From Thalia democratica (taxonomy: Eukaryota), in NCBI GenBank assembly GCA_965202585.1, contig CBDBBG010000166.1, forward strand, positions 1-64,000: DNA of 64,000 bases, given 5' to 3'. The notes below the pieces were generated by a model. The model was not told the origin of the DNA. It saw nothing but the letters and a program-made list of their open reading frames with translations, and did no database searches. The position numbers were made by a program, and so were the translations under genes. Below, piece after piece: positions 24,601 to 39,600 of the stretch. Numbering within the stretch: the first letter of the stretch is position 1; each line of letters starts with the position of its first letter.

Positions 24601-27600
24601 ATGTTAGCTTCGGTAACAACTCACAGATTTTAAGTTTAAAAATTCGAAATTACAAATGTTCTCACTTTCGGGTACGACCACGTGATTCTGCCGTCTAATC
24701 GCAGCACGTCCTCGTTGTGAACCCACGTGACTTTCGGCAGGGGGTCGGAGTCGAACTTGACGTGGAAGCTGGCGTCGCTTCCCGCCCTCACCTTGCAGTT
24801 CCTCAGCCCTTCGACGACGATCGGCGCCTGCATGTCGGGAGTGATCTGAACCTGTTTCAACGATTTGTGTTATTCTTATCGAGATCGCAATATTTTTTTT
24901 TGAAAACAAAAATCTAGTTGTTTTACAAGCTAAACATAAAAAAAACTATTTATATAGTAACAATAATAAAAATTACAATAATAATAATGATAATAAAATT
25001 TGTTTTTCTTATATAAACGCAATTTGTTTTAATCTTTTTAATTTAATAACAAATTGCCTAATAAAGTAGTAATAATAAAAAAATAACACTTATCAAATTT
25101 GTTTCTCTAGTGTTTGCCTATATTTTTTTTTTATATGATAATTTTAATATTTTTAATTTAATAACAAATTGCCTTGTTGAGCTCGTAGTCGGGAGCCATC
25201 TGGTTGGCTCTGTGAAGCCAGGGAGCGTTCGACTTGTGATCCTGTGATTGGCTGGATTTGTGGTGAAGCAGTTCTCTTTTCGTTTCGCGCAAGTGCATCT
25301 CGTAACTCCTGTCTCTTTCTGACACCTAGCGGAAACAATTTTAAAGATCATAAGTCAGTTTTTTATTACCAAACGTTTTGGAGATAGCATTAGCAAGTCA
25401 AAGAAAAAAAATGTGTTGTGAATACTAACTTTGGTACTTGGCTTTGTTACGTGTGTGTAAAACTTTATAGAAAAAATTATTATAACATTTTATTAAAACA
25501 CACGTTTAATTTTGTTTCTAAAAAGTTTTCTTTATAACTATAAATACCGACATCTTGTAAAAGTCCAAAAAAAAAGTTATTTCAAACTCACTCTGGCCGA
25601 GTTGGTGTAAACCTTTATTTTTTAAACTTCTATTATCATAATTTTTTGCAACACGTGTAAGACTTTATTTTTGAATTGTTTTTTTACGACTATATATACA
25701 TTGATACTTTGTTTTAGTATTTAATTGTTTTTGTTTCAAACTCACCCTGGTCGAGTTTGTGTCGAGCTTCCTCACCAGCTGCTCCTCGTCGTTCAGCTTG
25801 GAGAACTTCGACTGCAGCTCCTCGTTCCTCTCCACCTTCCTCAGCTCCATCTTCCTCATCAGGTTCTCGTTCTGCTCGATCTGCTGCAGCTCCACCATGC
25901 GGCGTCCTTGATCCTCTGCAGAAAAAATGTTGTTAAGAACAGCTGGTTGATTTGAAGATCATTAAAAGTTTGTAGAAAAGCTTGATGGCTGCGACACATT
26001 TGTTTTGCATCTTTTTATAAGTGAATTAAAGTTATGTTATAGCAATTTTAGAACTTGAAGGACTGAAATTTTTGATTAAAGTTATTTTTGCTTGCGTGGT
26101 TTTAGTTTTAATGACTAGTTTTTTTTTTTTTTGTTCAAATCAAGTTATTATTTTTATCTTTAAACTGTTCTCACTTTGTTTTTCAATAAACTGTTAATTT
26201 TCTAAGCGCATCAACTTTAGCTCGGAAATTTTTTAATTCAAAACAAGCAAACATTCCAACCGTTCAAATAGTACTTCTTCTCGACTTCGACTTCGGACTT
26301 GTGCAGCAGCTTCCTGAAGTCTTCCTGGCTGACGACCTCGATCCTCGCAGACGACTTCTCGAAGCCGAGCTCGTTGGCGACCACGATCTCCACCGTTCCC
26401 TGGTCGTACTCCCTCACGTCGGTGATCTCCATGCTGTACATCCCGTCGTACCATACGCGGAACCTGCGCGAAGTTGTGAATAAGATTTGTTTTTGTTTGA
26501 GATTAAATACAAAACTGGAAAATAAAATGTGGTTTCAAATGTATTTTTACTTTAATGCACATTATGGTTTGTTTTCTGTTTTTGTTAAAAATTTTCGTTT
26601 GATTTAAAACCCAACTATGGGAAACTGGTTTAACAAAATATACGACTACAAAAGACTTTTTAAAGTGTTTTGTAAAAAGTTATCTTTTATTTTAGATTAA
26701 ATTCAAAGTTGTAAAATAAAGTTTGATTTGTGAATTGTTTACGACAGTGTTTAACATAAAACTATAAAAAGACAGTTAAAAGTTTTTTTTTAACATTTGA
26801 GTGTTTTTTGTGACGTCATAGCAACAAACTTAAGAAACAAAGGTGTTATTCAAAAAATTTTAGCTTGTACAACTTTTAAAAACACTTACCGCTTGCTGGA
26901 GCTGATTTCCTGCCCGTTGAGGAACCACTCGACTTTGGGTGGCGGGTGAGCGTTGACCCTGCAGATGAACTTGGCCGAATCGTGCTCCCTCACCGTGGAG
27001 TTTTGCAGGTGCAAGACCACTTGCGGCGCTACAGGCTGCGATTTGGGCAGTTCTGCCGGATGATCATGCGCCAATGAGTACTGCATAAACAGAAAAGATT
27101 TTTAGAACAAAAAAAAAACTTCTTTAAGAAAAAACTAAAAGGTTACTGAAAAAGATGTCAATAAAAAAATGTTTGGACAGCGAGTAACAATAAACTTTCT
27201 GTATTTGAATAGTTTATTTTGTTTTTCTTTAGTTTTTGTTACCTAAATTCTGAATTTTGAAAAATAAAGAACTTCATCACAACTACATACGTTTTCTAAA
27301 CTATCTTTAGGAGTTTTAAACCGAGAAGATATTAAAGTATTTGTCTTATACTGTACTAGTACTTAATATTAACTTTAATTAAAGGAAAAATTTAACAGTG
27401 TTAATGAGACAGTTACAAACTTTTTGTCGGTATTTTTCAATGGAGTTGATGCTGTGCAGCTGATCGCTTTCAGGAAGCTGCGTTGACTCGACGAGACCTT
27501 TTTCTTCTTTGACGATCAAACTGGTGGAAGATTGGGCGATGCCGAAAGAATTCGTCACTCTGCAACTGATCACACCTGAAACAGTTCAGTCAAGTTTAAA

Positions 27601-30600
27601 AAAAAAAGTACTAACAAGTAATGTATACACATTTTAGACTTTTATAAAGATAATGTTCCTAAAAACAGCATAAAAGTTATGAGACCTGTATCCCGCGGAA
27701 ACACAGAGGCGAAGTTCAATGATGCGTAGCCAAACTCGAACAGGGTCGTTATCCTGGTTGCGTGCTCCAACGGCTTGTTGTCCAGCAACCATTCAACCTA
27801 AAACCGTGCAAATTAGCTTTACATTGGTAACGTGGTATAAAGTTGTTGTTTACATAAAGCTTCTAATTCTTTATGTAAAAATATTCAATTGAGGTTGGTT
27901 AGAAAAAAAGTTAAATTAACTGAAATAAGCACTTTAAAAAAAAAAATTAATGCTTATGGTAACCGTTGCGGAGACTATTTTTGAGCTAATAAAATTTTTT
28001 ATTTAACTTTCAAAATCTTATGTTTGAAACAGAATTACGGGTTATACCATTATAGAGCTTGTTACATTCTAAATTTGGTATTTGATCAGAGAAAGCTAAA
28101 AATTCAAACAAACTTTCATGTTGGGATCGCAGATGGGCACGACGTAACACTGAAACCTGGCGGATCCGTATATTTTCTGTCTGACGGATTCCAACTTCTT
28201 TCTGAACTTCGGCTTCTGCTTCTTCTTTTCGTTGTACATGTCAGCATCGTCATAGTGGTCAAGCTGGAATAGTTAAAGTTTGTTTAAGGTATCGATTTGT
28301 ATATCAAGTATAAAGTTGGTTACAAAAACAGTTTTACAGGGACTAGTTTTAAAACGCTAATTAAACTTACATTTCATAACTTTTTGTTTAAAACTTTATA
28401 ATAGAAAAATTGAACAAGATTTTTATCAGTTCCAATTTTTTTTTAAGCTGCTTAAAGAACGTAGAAGCAAACTTAAATAATGACTTGTTTAATTTCGTTA
28501 AAACCTATCAAAAAAAATACCGTTTTTTTAATTTTAGTCGTAGTTTACTCTTTTTAGTTCTATACTTTGTGCCTCTCTGAATTTATGATAAAAATTAGAC
28601 AACTTATAAATCAATCACAGAAAAAAAGCAGCTTTAAAAAGGTTCAAATAAAGTAGAAGTAAAGTTAAAAACAATTTAGTCGATATCATTAGAACCTTTT
28701 AAACCAACTGTATCTTTTATTTTATTTGTAATTTATTCATTTTAGTTTCATACCTTGTGCCTCTCCGAAGACTTCCCCGCCTCCAGCTGGGACTTCTGAC
28801 CCGATCCCTTCTTCACGGTGAACCTCCTTCCCTTGTCCTCCTGGACCTTCTGCTCCTGCTTCACCGTCACCTTGCACCTCGCCAGGTCCCTCCCGTGCTT
28901 GTTCACCGCCGTTGCCGTGTACCACGCGTCGTGCTCCCGCTTGCTGGCGCCACCTATCGTCAGCAGCCCGTGACCGTCGACCCCGTCGATCCTGTAAAAA
29001 AAATAAAGTCTTTAATTTTTAGTATAAATTAAATTTATTTTGAAGTTTTAATATTCTTACAAATAAAAAAATTCAAAGCTACTTTTTTTAACTTTGTTAA
29101 CAAAAAACGTAGAATTACGTTTACCAAGACAAGCATTTTTTTGTCGAATTTATTTTTAATTATAAATGTAAATTATGTAGGTAAATAATTAATGGTTATT
29201 TCGTCAGTTGTATACTAAGCAATAAAAACAAAATTTCAAATCTAGCTTTTATGGTGAAAATGCAATTTTTCTTGCAATTAGAAGTACTTATGTATTGTTA
29301 ACTATTCTTTGCTTTATTATTAATTACGTTGATTGCATTTTCACTATATAAGGTAGATTTGAAATAAACAATGGAACGTATATTTCAACGTACAGAAAAT
29401 CGTGGTTTCCTTCGGGGTGCAGGAGGACGTTGTCGCGCATCCACACGATCTCAGGAGTGGGTTTTCCCACCGCGAACACCTCCAACCTGATCGTGTCCCC
29501 CTCCTTCGCCGTCAAACTTTGCGGCTTCTCGAGAATCTTCGGTATCTCCGCTCCCTCTTTTGCTAGATTTAAAACAACAATTCTTATTAATGAAATATAA
29601 ATTAGGGGTTAAAATTCATAATCAAAATTTATAAACTTGGATAATTTTTTGCGTTTAAGCTTTTAGCTACAAATTTTTACATGCAGTTTTTTTTTGCTTA
29701 AATAAGTTTCGTTTTATTTTGTGCAATGTTAATTGTACGTACATAAAGAAAATTAGATAAACTTATAGGAAAAATTGAATACAAATTGTCTTGATTTTCA
29801 CCAAGCACAAAACAAAAGTACTTAACAATCAAAATCTTGAGAGTTGAATCTTTAGTTTAAGATAACTTTTAAAAACTTGAAATATTTATATTTTTTTCAA
29901 CACAAGCGTATTTAATTTTGCTCACCGACGATTGTGAGGTTGAGTGAGGTGTAAGCCTTTCCAGCCTCGTTCTTGGCGATGATGGTGTACTTTCCCGTGT
30001 CGTCCAGCTTGGCCGGGGAGATTATCAAGGACCTGACTCCGTCCTCCTTGATGACCAATCTGTGACTGTAATCTTCCTGCACTTCGTTACCTGTATATAA
30101 AAATGTTTAATTGTTGTGCTTTATTAAACATGTACAATGTATCATAATGCTAATAAATATTGCAAATGTGGTTTAAGAATTTATGGTTAAAGTTTTTCTT
30201 TGACTAAGTTGGTTACTATAATATGTTTTTAATGGTTTTAAGTATAACAGTCTTTGGATAACATTTTCTTAATAGTCAAGTTATGTTGGTAGATTATATT
30301 CTGAAAAAAAAAATTAATTACTTTTTAAGTAACACCTTTTTTAACTATCTATTTAGTATAAATTTTGTACTGTTCAGTTATTAGTTAGTTTTAAATAGTA
30401 TTTTAATTTCAACCGCTTTTCATCATATATAAAAGTTGTACAACGTGAATTTTTTCAACTACCAACTTAAACAAATATTCGAATACTCTTCCAAAAATTG
30501 AGTAAGCTAAATTCTAAAAATGTTTCGCGATAAGTCAAGAGTGCTTAGGCTGGCTCTTAAACTCTTTAAGTAGTAACATACATGAATAAACTAGCTATTT

Positions 30601-33600
30601 AAAGAAAGCGTTTGTTCATTAAAAAAGCCTAGTGTACCTTAGCTATGTCGTTTATTAGTAAAGTATTTATCAATTACAACTTAAAACTGTACAAAACTAA
30701 AACAAGATAAAATTAACTGATAAAATAGTTTACCTTTGCAACTGGTTATACACACGTATACGTTTAAATCTAGCTGTATCCAGCTATGAAAAGCATCTTG
30801 ACCATTGTTATTTGTTTCAACTTTAATGTTATTTCTTAATAAATTTTCTTGTTCCTTAAGATTATTTACTCCCAGTCTAACAGAAGCAGAGCGTTTAGGT
30901 AAAATATCATTATTTAATAGTTTCTCCTCTTGTTTAAAACCATTTACTCCTAGTTTGATTGAAGATGAGCGTTTAAGTTTGTTATCATTAATAAATATTT
31001 TTTCTTGTTCTTTAATGCCATTGGACCCCAGTCTATCCGAAGTAGAGCGTTTAAGTTTGGTATCATTATTGAAGAAGTTTTTACTTTCATCAATGTTTTC
31101 TGCGCTGTTATTTACTTTGTTTCTTTTTAAACTTCTTCTAAACTTTCTCGGCGCTAGCAGTTTGTACCTGGACTTGGGAGCAAAGATATTTTTTTCGCTT
31201 TTTATCGACTTCACGAACCCCGAATCGCTAGAATCCGTGAAAGACTCGGATCTCTGTACCTTTTTAACGTCATCCTCGCTACAGCTAATTTCCTGTTCAC
31301 CGTTTACTTTAACCTTGTTTTCTTTTTCTTTCAATATGTTGCTTTTAGACTCTTTTTTCTTTGAAAATTCACTAAACGACTTGTTTAAGCTTGACCTGAT
31401 ATTTTTTAAGCTTTGTGAAAAAGTCAAATTTTCCGCTTCTCGAGTTTTGTTAAATTTTCGAACCTGCTTCGGAGTTCTAAAGCTTCTTCTGGACTCCGGA
31501 TTTTTGTTTATGTCGTCTCTTAAAAACGGATTACTAGACACCCTTTTTAGCTTGTTCAAGCTGTTCAGTTTACCTTTTTTGACTTTTGCATCTTTTTTGT
31601 CACAGTGCATGTTTATGATAAGTTGAGGCTGGTTAAACCTTACTGCTATTCCATATATGTAGCTTTCCATAAACTAATACAAAAAAAAATTAAATAAGTT
31701 CAAAAATCATTCTGTTTAAAATACTAATAAACTTAAATATCATAAAACACTATTATAATAGTGAAAAAAAAGTACAAACTGGTTTTAAAATACAAATTAA
31801 CGTTTTACGAATAAACAATACAAAAACCTAGCTGTAACCTACAAATTTTAGGTTTTTATATAAATAAAAACAATAGTTTACAAATCGAAAGCTGCTGTAT
31901 AAACAAAATCAAACCGTCGCAAACCGCGTTGCCTCGCGAACCTACATGAGCTTTTTTTTCTAGCAAAATTTTGTCGCACGAAATAATAAACTTGAAACAC
32001 TTGCCAGCAACAAAACAGCTTTTTTTTGTAAACTTTCTCTCAAAAACGAGCTGCCCATTCACTCAAGTGGCAGCACGAGGGGCTGTTGAAGTTTTATTTT
32101 TATTTTTTGTAGTAGCTTTGCCCGCTTTATTTTTGTTTGCTCAAAAGACAGCAAAGAGTCACTTTCCGATTGAAGTTTGCTTTTTGTTTGTTCAATTCTG
32201 CTTGCTCAGTCGGTGATAAAATACTTAGACTTGACGCCTCACGACTTTCCTTTTAGGTTTTATACTAGTCGTATGAAGCTACTGATTAACTTATTATCTT
32301 ATACTAAACAATCAACTTAAGTAATAACTAGTTTAGTTTAAATAAATTTATTTCTAAATTTGAATTAATTTTTATAAATAAACATTTAAATTATGAAGTT
32401 ATAAAGAAACCCTTAGAATTTAAAAGACAACTATTTGAATTAATATATACCGGTACACTTTTTTCTTTTAAGTTTTACAAAAAAAACAGCCATGGTAAGT
32501 TTCATTTATTTCTACATAGTCCGTTTCATTAACAAAATTTAATTGCTGAACTATTTCAACTTTCAATCTGTCTTATACTAAATAAGCCTTATTCCAACAA
32601 TTTTTGAATAATCAAACACCTTCTCCATAAAAAACTTTACTAAAGTCTTATTACTAAATTTAAAAGAAAAAAAAATTAATAAAAATAACTGCAAAGTACA
32701 GTTGTGTTTCAAATTTTTTTGTAAAACAGCCATTCATTAAAATGCAGTATTTTTGATTTTTTGTGCAACAAGTGCTATTAACAGCTACTTCAGCTTGAGT
32801 ATCAAAAGTATATTTGCTAGTGTAAGAACAGATTATTTGCTTAGGTTACTGCAGAAGCTTTTAAAAGTTGTTTAAAATTATTTGTTTGTCTAAGAAAAAT
32901 TTCACGAGTAAAAGTTTAAAAATTACGACTTAATAGCTAAATGTGGTAAACAAGCTTTGAAAAGTTCTAATGTTTAGTCGAACTTTTAAGATAAATAACT
33001 ACTTTTGTGCGTTTGTTAAGTTTATATTTAGTTTATGGCATTTTTACTTTTTAAGTGTGTAGTTATAAAAATTAGTAAACTTCATCAAAATAACCTTTTA
33101 AGAAGAAAGTAACTTCAGGCATTGGTCTTCCTGTGACTTTGCAGTCGATTCTGGTTGCGTTGCCTTCAGTGCACACAATACTGTCTGGTTTTGAAAGAAA
33201 ACGAGGCCTGTTCGTAAACATACAAAGTTACAGTTCGAGCTTTCTTTAATTTACAAAATAGACATAAAACCTGTTCAATTTTCAAAATCTTAAAGTTGTT
33301 TAGTTGCAATTAAAAGGTCTAAATCAAAGTTTGCTGTTATCCGTATTTGATTATGTAAAGACTCGTTTACAAAAATTCACACAGAATTACTACAAAAATT
33401 TAGACGAAATTACTTTTAAATTGTTGTTTTTAATTACTTAACACCAAAACAAAGACTCAATTATTAACTAATTATTTTTAGAGATCTTTAAAATATACTG
33501 CAATTGTAAGCAAATTAAAAAAATAGTTTTATAACTAATTTAATTCAATTTGGTGATTTTTCAAATCTTATTATTATTAAGCAACAACGGAAAAGATTAA

Positions 33601-36600
33601 GCTTTTCAAGGTACAACAAAGAAACAACTGTTTCAAACTTAAGTTTTACTGAAACTAAGTCTACAAAAACTAAAACTGATCAATATATCTATAAAACTAA
33701 TATAAATTCAAATAGAGCATGAATAACTTTTAAAAATGTTTTTATTTAAAAATTACACAAAAAAGGGGATTTTATCATTTTATGTCTAAAAACGCAAAAA
33801 TACAACAAAAAATTAAAACAAATTACAAGTAGGATTTTTCAATGTCGCTTTGGTAGCTCTTCTCGGTGTACGCTTGCTTGTGATTGGTGGATCTCGTCGT
33901 CAGGTTGGTCACGTGGGTCAGCGCGGGTGAGTTCGAACTTTCCCGCGCATTTGCGCTCCACTGCACACTGGGCGATTGCCTGGCAACGCCCCTGGATGAA
34001 GACCTGCGCTCTTTACGACCCCTGGCGTATTATATATGGTAAAAAGTATTTTTGGTAAGAAAACACAGTGTTTGACGAACATATTAATTTAAGTATTTAG
34101 AGGATGACATATATTAAAGATTTAATTATACCAGGTTTCGTGGAAAAGAAAAAGTAGTTGTTTTATAAGAGGAACAATAATTTAATTGTTGATAGAGGTC
34201 CTAATAAACAGCTATAGCTGAAGTTAAACGAGATCTGAAACTTCCAGAGTAAAAATAAAAAGAACAATACGATAAGTATTTATGACTATTAGATCAAGTA
34301 GATTAAAAACCAAACTTAGCTTATTAAGTTGCACAAAGTAAAAACAAATAAGTAACAAACACAATCATTTAACCTTAAAGTTTAAGTAAATAAAGGGTTA
34401 TTTTATTATTTTATTAAGAACTACTTTACAATCAAACAAACCTAATAGATGTAGTTTGCTCGCTAACTGCAGTTTCTTCCTGACTCATTCTATACTGATC
34501 TATGAAATATAAAGTACAATTTTGGTAAACTTACATCATTAAAGATTTAATTTGAAAAATTAACAGTTTTTAATGGAATAAAAGTATGCTTAAAGTTTGA
34601 CAAACTAAAAAACATAACCAAAACTTGTAAAAGCCTACATTATCTTTGAAATTTATTTTGTTGTACCAATTTTAGAACAAAAAAAGAACCTTATATTTTA
34701 TATGAATTTTATATACTTATATGAACAATAATAACACAATAAAATTTTCATAGTTTTAAAGAAAAACTTTTTTTTTGCTAGAAAATAATACTTAGATTAT
34801 AAAAGATGACAAAATTTTGATGTTAAAAATGATGATATAGGTAAAAATGTAGGCACTTTAGTACTTCTATAAAACGTTTTCAATACAATATCGCACAAAG
34901 TAAGGTAAAATATATTTGTTTCAAATTTCATAAAAGGATTAACACTCCTTCATTTCACAATACGTTATACTAACAGTTGTCAACTTAAATATAACTAATT
35001 ATCAACTTTATTGAAATATAAACCTTCACTGATAACTTTGACGGCACCGCTGATAAAACCGAACTGATTGGTCGCAGATATCTGATATTCCCCGATGTCG
35101 TCATACTGCGCGTCATCTATTACCAGACTGTACAAATCTGGAATGTTTTTTTCACCATTTAGTAAGTATTAGTACTTAAAGTTTGATTGATTAAGTTATG
35201 ACTTAAAGATGTTAAAATAAAGTTTACCAGTACAAAAAAATAACTTATTTGTTTAAAAAGAACACATTTTTTAAATTCTAATTACAAAAAATTTGAATAT
35301 TTAATGATAATTTTTTAAGTTGTTAAAACTAACTTATTGATTCGTCGCAAGTTATCCTGACCCGGTGGTTTCCCGTCAGCGTGACGTTGTTGCGACCCCA
35401 CGTGACCAGCGGACGGGGAGCCCCCGTGATGACGCAATCGATGCGAACCTGGCCCCCTTCGACCAGCGTCATGACCGGGTCGGGCGTGGTGACGAAGCAC
35501 GGGGGTCTGCCGTTAGGTGTCGCGCTGCTCGGTCGCCCCTGCCTCGTCTGGGACTCGGGTCGCTGGGAGCCCTGATGGGACCCCTGATCGTCAGTGGTTA
35601 CCAGGTCGCTCTCCGACACAAACTCCATGTCGGCGCTTTGAAAAATGAATAGAGTTTGAATAATTTATAATATAAATATTATTTGTATAAGAAGGCTTGT
35701 AAATGAGGTTTATTTTAAAGGTATTTTTCGTTAACAAATGGCAATTTTTATAATTGAATGCTAGTCTTAAAAACGTTTACACTCATTTAAAGGTGAAAGT
35801 TTAACAAAAAATATGAATTTACATTTATAAACATTAAAAGGCTTTTAATTAAAAAAAGGGCTTTAAACAAATACCTTTCAAAACCGTCGTAACTGGTGGT
35901 TGAAACGTCGGTGGTTGAAATATTTGAAGGGGGCCGACCGTCGCCCCTTGGCTTTACATTGGATGCGTACACCTGTGCGTAATGATTTTTGTACAAGTAA
36001 AATTAAAACAAGCTTGTATTTATTCTACTATTTTGTGGGTTTTTGTGAAAAATATAAAAACATATCAAATATAAAGAGTCGATAGTATTATAGTCAATTT
36101 TAAATGCAGCTAAATTGTATTGATCATTTTTATTTCATTGTACAAACTTGCAGTGTGAATGCATGGGAGGAGGTTCCGTGCTCGTTGGTGGCGGTGCAGG
36201 TGTACAGGTCGCTGTCGTCCAGGTAACTCTCCCTGATTATCAGGTGGGTGGTGGTTCCGTCGTACGTTATTTCAAAGTCCTGGTTCGATTCCACCATTTG
36301 GTCTGCGTACAAAAAATATTAAAGTACACAGTTTAATTTTGCTCACCTTTTACTTGCTTTTAAAACTTAAGCAAATTCTTACTTATTAATAAAACTTAAG
36401 TCTACTCTATGAAAAAAGTTAAACAAAAAACTAATAGCATTTCTTTTCTACACAAAAGACTCTTTAATTTCAAATTTTTTTTTACCTTTAAAACTTAAGT
36501 AAATTCTTACTTGTTAATAAAAGTTAAGTCTAATCTATAAAATAAAATTAGACACAACGCTAAAACTATTTTTTCAATACGTATTATATTATAATTTTTT

Positions 36601-39600
36601 TTATTTATTTTTTAATAATATTTTTTATAAAACTCATAATACTAAATTTTAACTACCTCCTCGGTACCAGGCAACTTCGGGGACCGGGTCCCCAGATATT
36701 TTGCACGTCATCAGGGTCAGTTGACCCAACGGAACCCGCAACTGGGCTTTCTCCGACTTCACCTGAGGCGCCGAGCATGATACCTTGTATTTAAATTTTA
36801 TTATTATATTAAATATAATCAATTGTTATATTACTGATAACAAAAACAAGGACAAGCTTACAAAAGCCAAGCTTAAAAATAGGTTTTAGAAGTTTTTGTA
36901 TGTATTTTGTTTTAGAATCATAATAATAATTTTTTATAAAATTTAATGTAAATAAATTAAAAAAGCAACTTCTCAGATTTTAGTTAGTTACGTTTTTGGT
37001 TTAGTAATGTTAGTTATATTTTTTTACTACTTTGAATATTTGATAAAATATCAAAATGTTGCTAACTATGATGTTACCATGAAAATGTAAAGCAAACAAA
37101 ATGAGCCTGCTAGTCATATTTGAAAATAATATTTAGTGAAAAAGATCAAAGTTTTTGAGCTTTGTGAAAAAAATAAAGCAAAGTGATTAAAACTACTGAT
37201 CACGGCAATTTAAAACACAAGCAAGCAGTTGAAGTAGTTACCGACCTTGAGTTGGTCACGTGAGTAGAAATAATCGTAACATCCAAAATAAGAAACATGC
37301 AGAAGCGTGCAGCTGTCGCAATGCTATCACTACTACGTTAAAATAAACACTAACTTTTTTAAATTAGGGGTTTCAATACAAATTTATTGTAAATATTTAT
37401 ATTGTGTAAAAATATTTTACTAAGAATAAATTGAAAAAAATTTCAATTTTTTAAATATATGAAATACTTCAACGAAACTCTTAAAACTAGCTTACAATTA
37501 AAGTTCATTTTATTCTTGATTAACATTTTTGTAGGATCTATTATTGATAAATTTTTAAAACCTGTTATGTTAAATAAACTTAAGTAGTTTTACATAATTA
37601 AAAATTGTTAACTTGTCCAACTTACAAGTTAGTAAGCAAAAGCTACTTTTTTTGTAAACTAAAAAGTATAGATGCATTTAGTTTATTTTTTAAAAGTACA
37701 AACCCTACTATTACTAACATTTTTATAAACATTGACTAGTTTTTTAAACAAGCAAATCAAAAATCGCACTACATTTATTTCTATAATGAAACGAAATACT
37801 ATAATTATTTATATTGTTTTCACGTAAAAATACCGTTTTATTTAACAAACATTTGTTAAATACCTTTACCGTTGATAAACAAGCTTATGTATTGATTTCA
37901 AATTATGTATGTACATTGAAAAAGTTTGTAAGAATTTTTTCAATATAAGTATGTTTACACTTTGAGTCGAACATAGTTTACAAATTATGAACAAACTAAA
38001 AAATGCTTAAGAATAAAATTTAGCAACTGTGATCATGCTTATACAAAATTTTGTTCAAGTGTGATTTAGATAGTGCACTAACAACCTAATGTGCCAGTAA
38101 TTTTTGTTTGTAACAAATATTTACCTTCCCTTTGAAATGGGAAATCTACGGATTGATTTTTATGACTAAAAAAACTATATAAAACCACAAAAAGTTTAGT
38201 TTTTTTAAAACAAATATTGAAACACTAAATCATAATTTGTATTTAAAGTATACTGTTGCCTTAAAATTAAACACATATTAAAATCTTTCATCTAAAGACG
38301 CTTTTTGTTGTTATGAAATATAAAGCGGCTCGCTAAAGACCTTTTCTACTATAATTTGATCTATGAGTAGAAAAGTTGCCCACCCCTATATTATACAGAA
38401 CTATTTTATACATTTTTCGTAGAATTCTTATAAAAATGATTCTACTGTGCTTTTTATTCGTTGATATAGTGTGCGCAAATTGTCTTTAAAAAACCAACAG
38501 TGCGCAATGCAAACCACACTCAGATTTTATTCTCACTTTACTAAAAGGCATGTAGCTGTTTCGTTCGAAGCCACTCGTTTGCCTGTGGCCTCGGTTCCTA
38601 TAACCTTGGTTACTTGAACTAAAGTCATGACGGTGAGTGCGTTTCGGTTGATGATGATCGAAACGCTGATTCTCGTAATTATGACTCGATGATGACATGT
38701 TTGGTGACGTCATGTAATCGCGATGACGCAATGATTCGTGGCTCATGACGTAATGATGCATGTTTTCGAAGCTCCGGTTAGGAGAATGGTGCGTCATCTC
38801 GTACGGCTCGTATCTGAGATGACGCTGCTTTTTGTTGGTTTGATGACGCGTCTGATTTGTTTTTTGGTGATGACGATATGAGCGTGACGTAATCACCTGG
38901 TGCTTGTTTTCACCCGACAACTGACTGAAGTCGTCGGGGAACAGGGAGGGTTGAACGACGCCCGGCGAAGGCGGGATGTTTGCTATTCCCTGAAATTAAA
39001 TATATTTTTAGCCATGTAGCTTTTTGTAGTAATTAAAAGATATTTTTAAAATTCAACAGTTAGGAATTATTATTGAACTTGGTAGTTTCAAGGTTCATCG
39101 AAAAATACAAGCTCCCCGAAATTCCGTAACAACCCTTCTACAATTGCTTTATCAATTTTTAAGAAACTTTTGACATCTACAAACTGAATAACTCACTTTG
39201 TAAAATACTTTTTATGCAATAAAAAAACTCAAACAACCACTGAAGGACTGATCCTGACGCTCCTCATGCTCGCTTCTTGCTGCTGCTGCTCCTTCTTCTT
39301 CATTATTGACTTCATTTCGTGAACGTTTCCGTCGAAAACCTCACTCTGTTTGACATTAACAAGTTAAAAAAAAAACACAAAAAATTCATAAGGTTCATGT
39401 TTTACATATGCACCCAAAAACATAAATCAAATTGTAATAATTTTAGTTTGAAGCTAACTGTTGCGTGTTGCTCCTGACTGGAAGATTGTGCGGCGAATTT
39501 GCTCTCATTTGCCTCATATGAGACTACTCCTCCCTCCGAAGTATTTTCTTGTTCACCTGCATTTTAATATATTATGTTTTACTCAATGCTTCAATAGTTA

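Noticed and set aside
25915-26275. Phase mismatch between exons 26275 and 25915
   Set aside because: Could be one extra A or an undetected micro-exon; I cannot decide, so it is not counted as a frameshift.
34019-34022. Apparent frameshift at the start of exon 34021
   Set aside because: Resolved by the 58-nt exon 34499-34442, which supplies the needed phase.
36345-36545. Local ~65-bp intronic duplication; similar ones at 25030-25175 and 61815-61980
   Set aside because: Ordinary AT-rich slippage duplications with no coding signal.
37245-37330. Possible small titin exon / E-box cluster (CACGTG, CAGCTG) with donor AAG|GTCGGT
   Set aside because: Weak acceptor and an implausible peptide; not needed for phase continuity.
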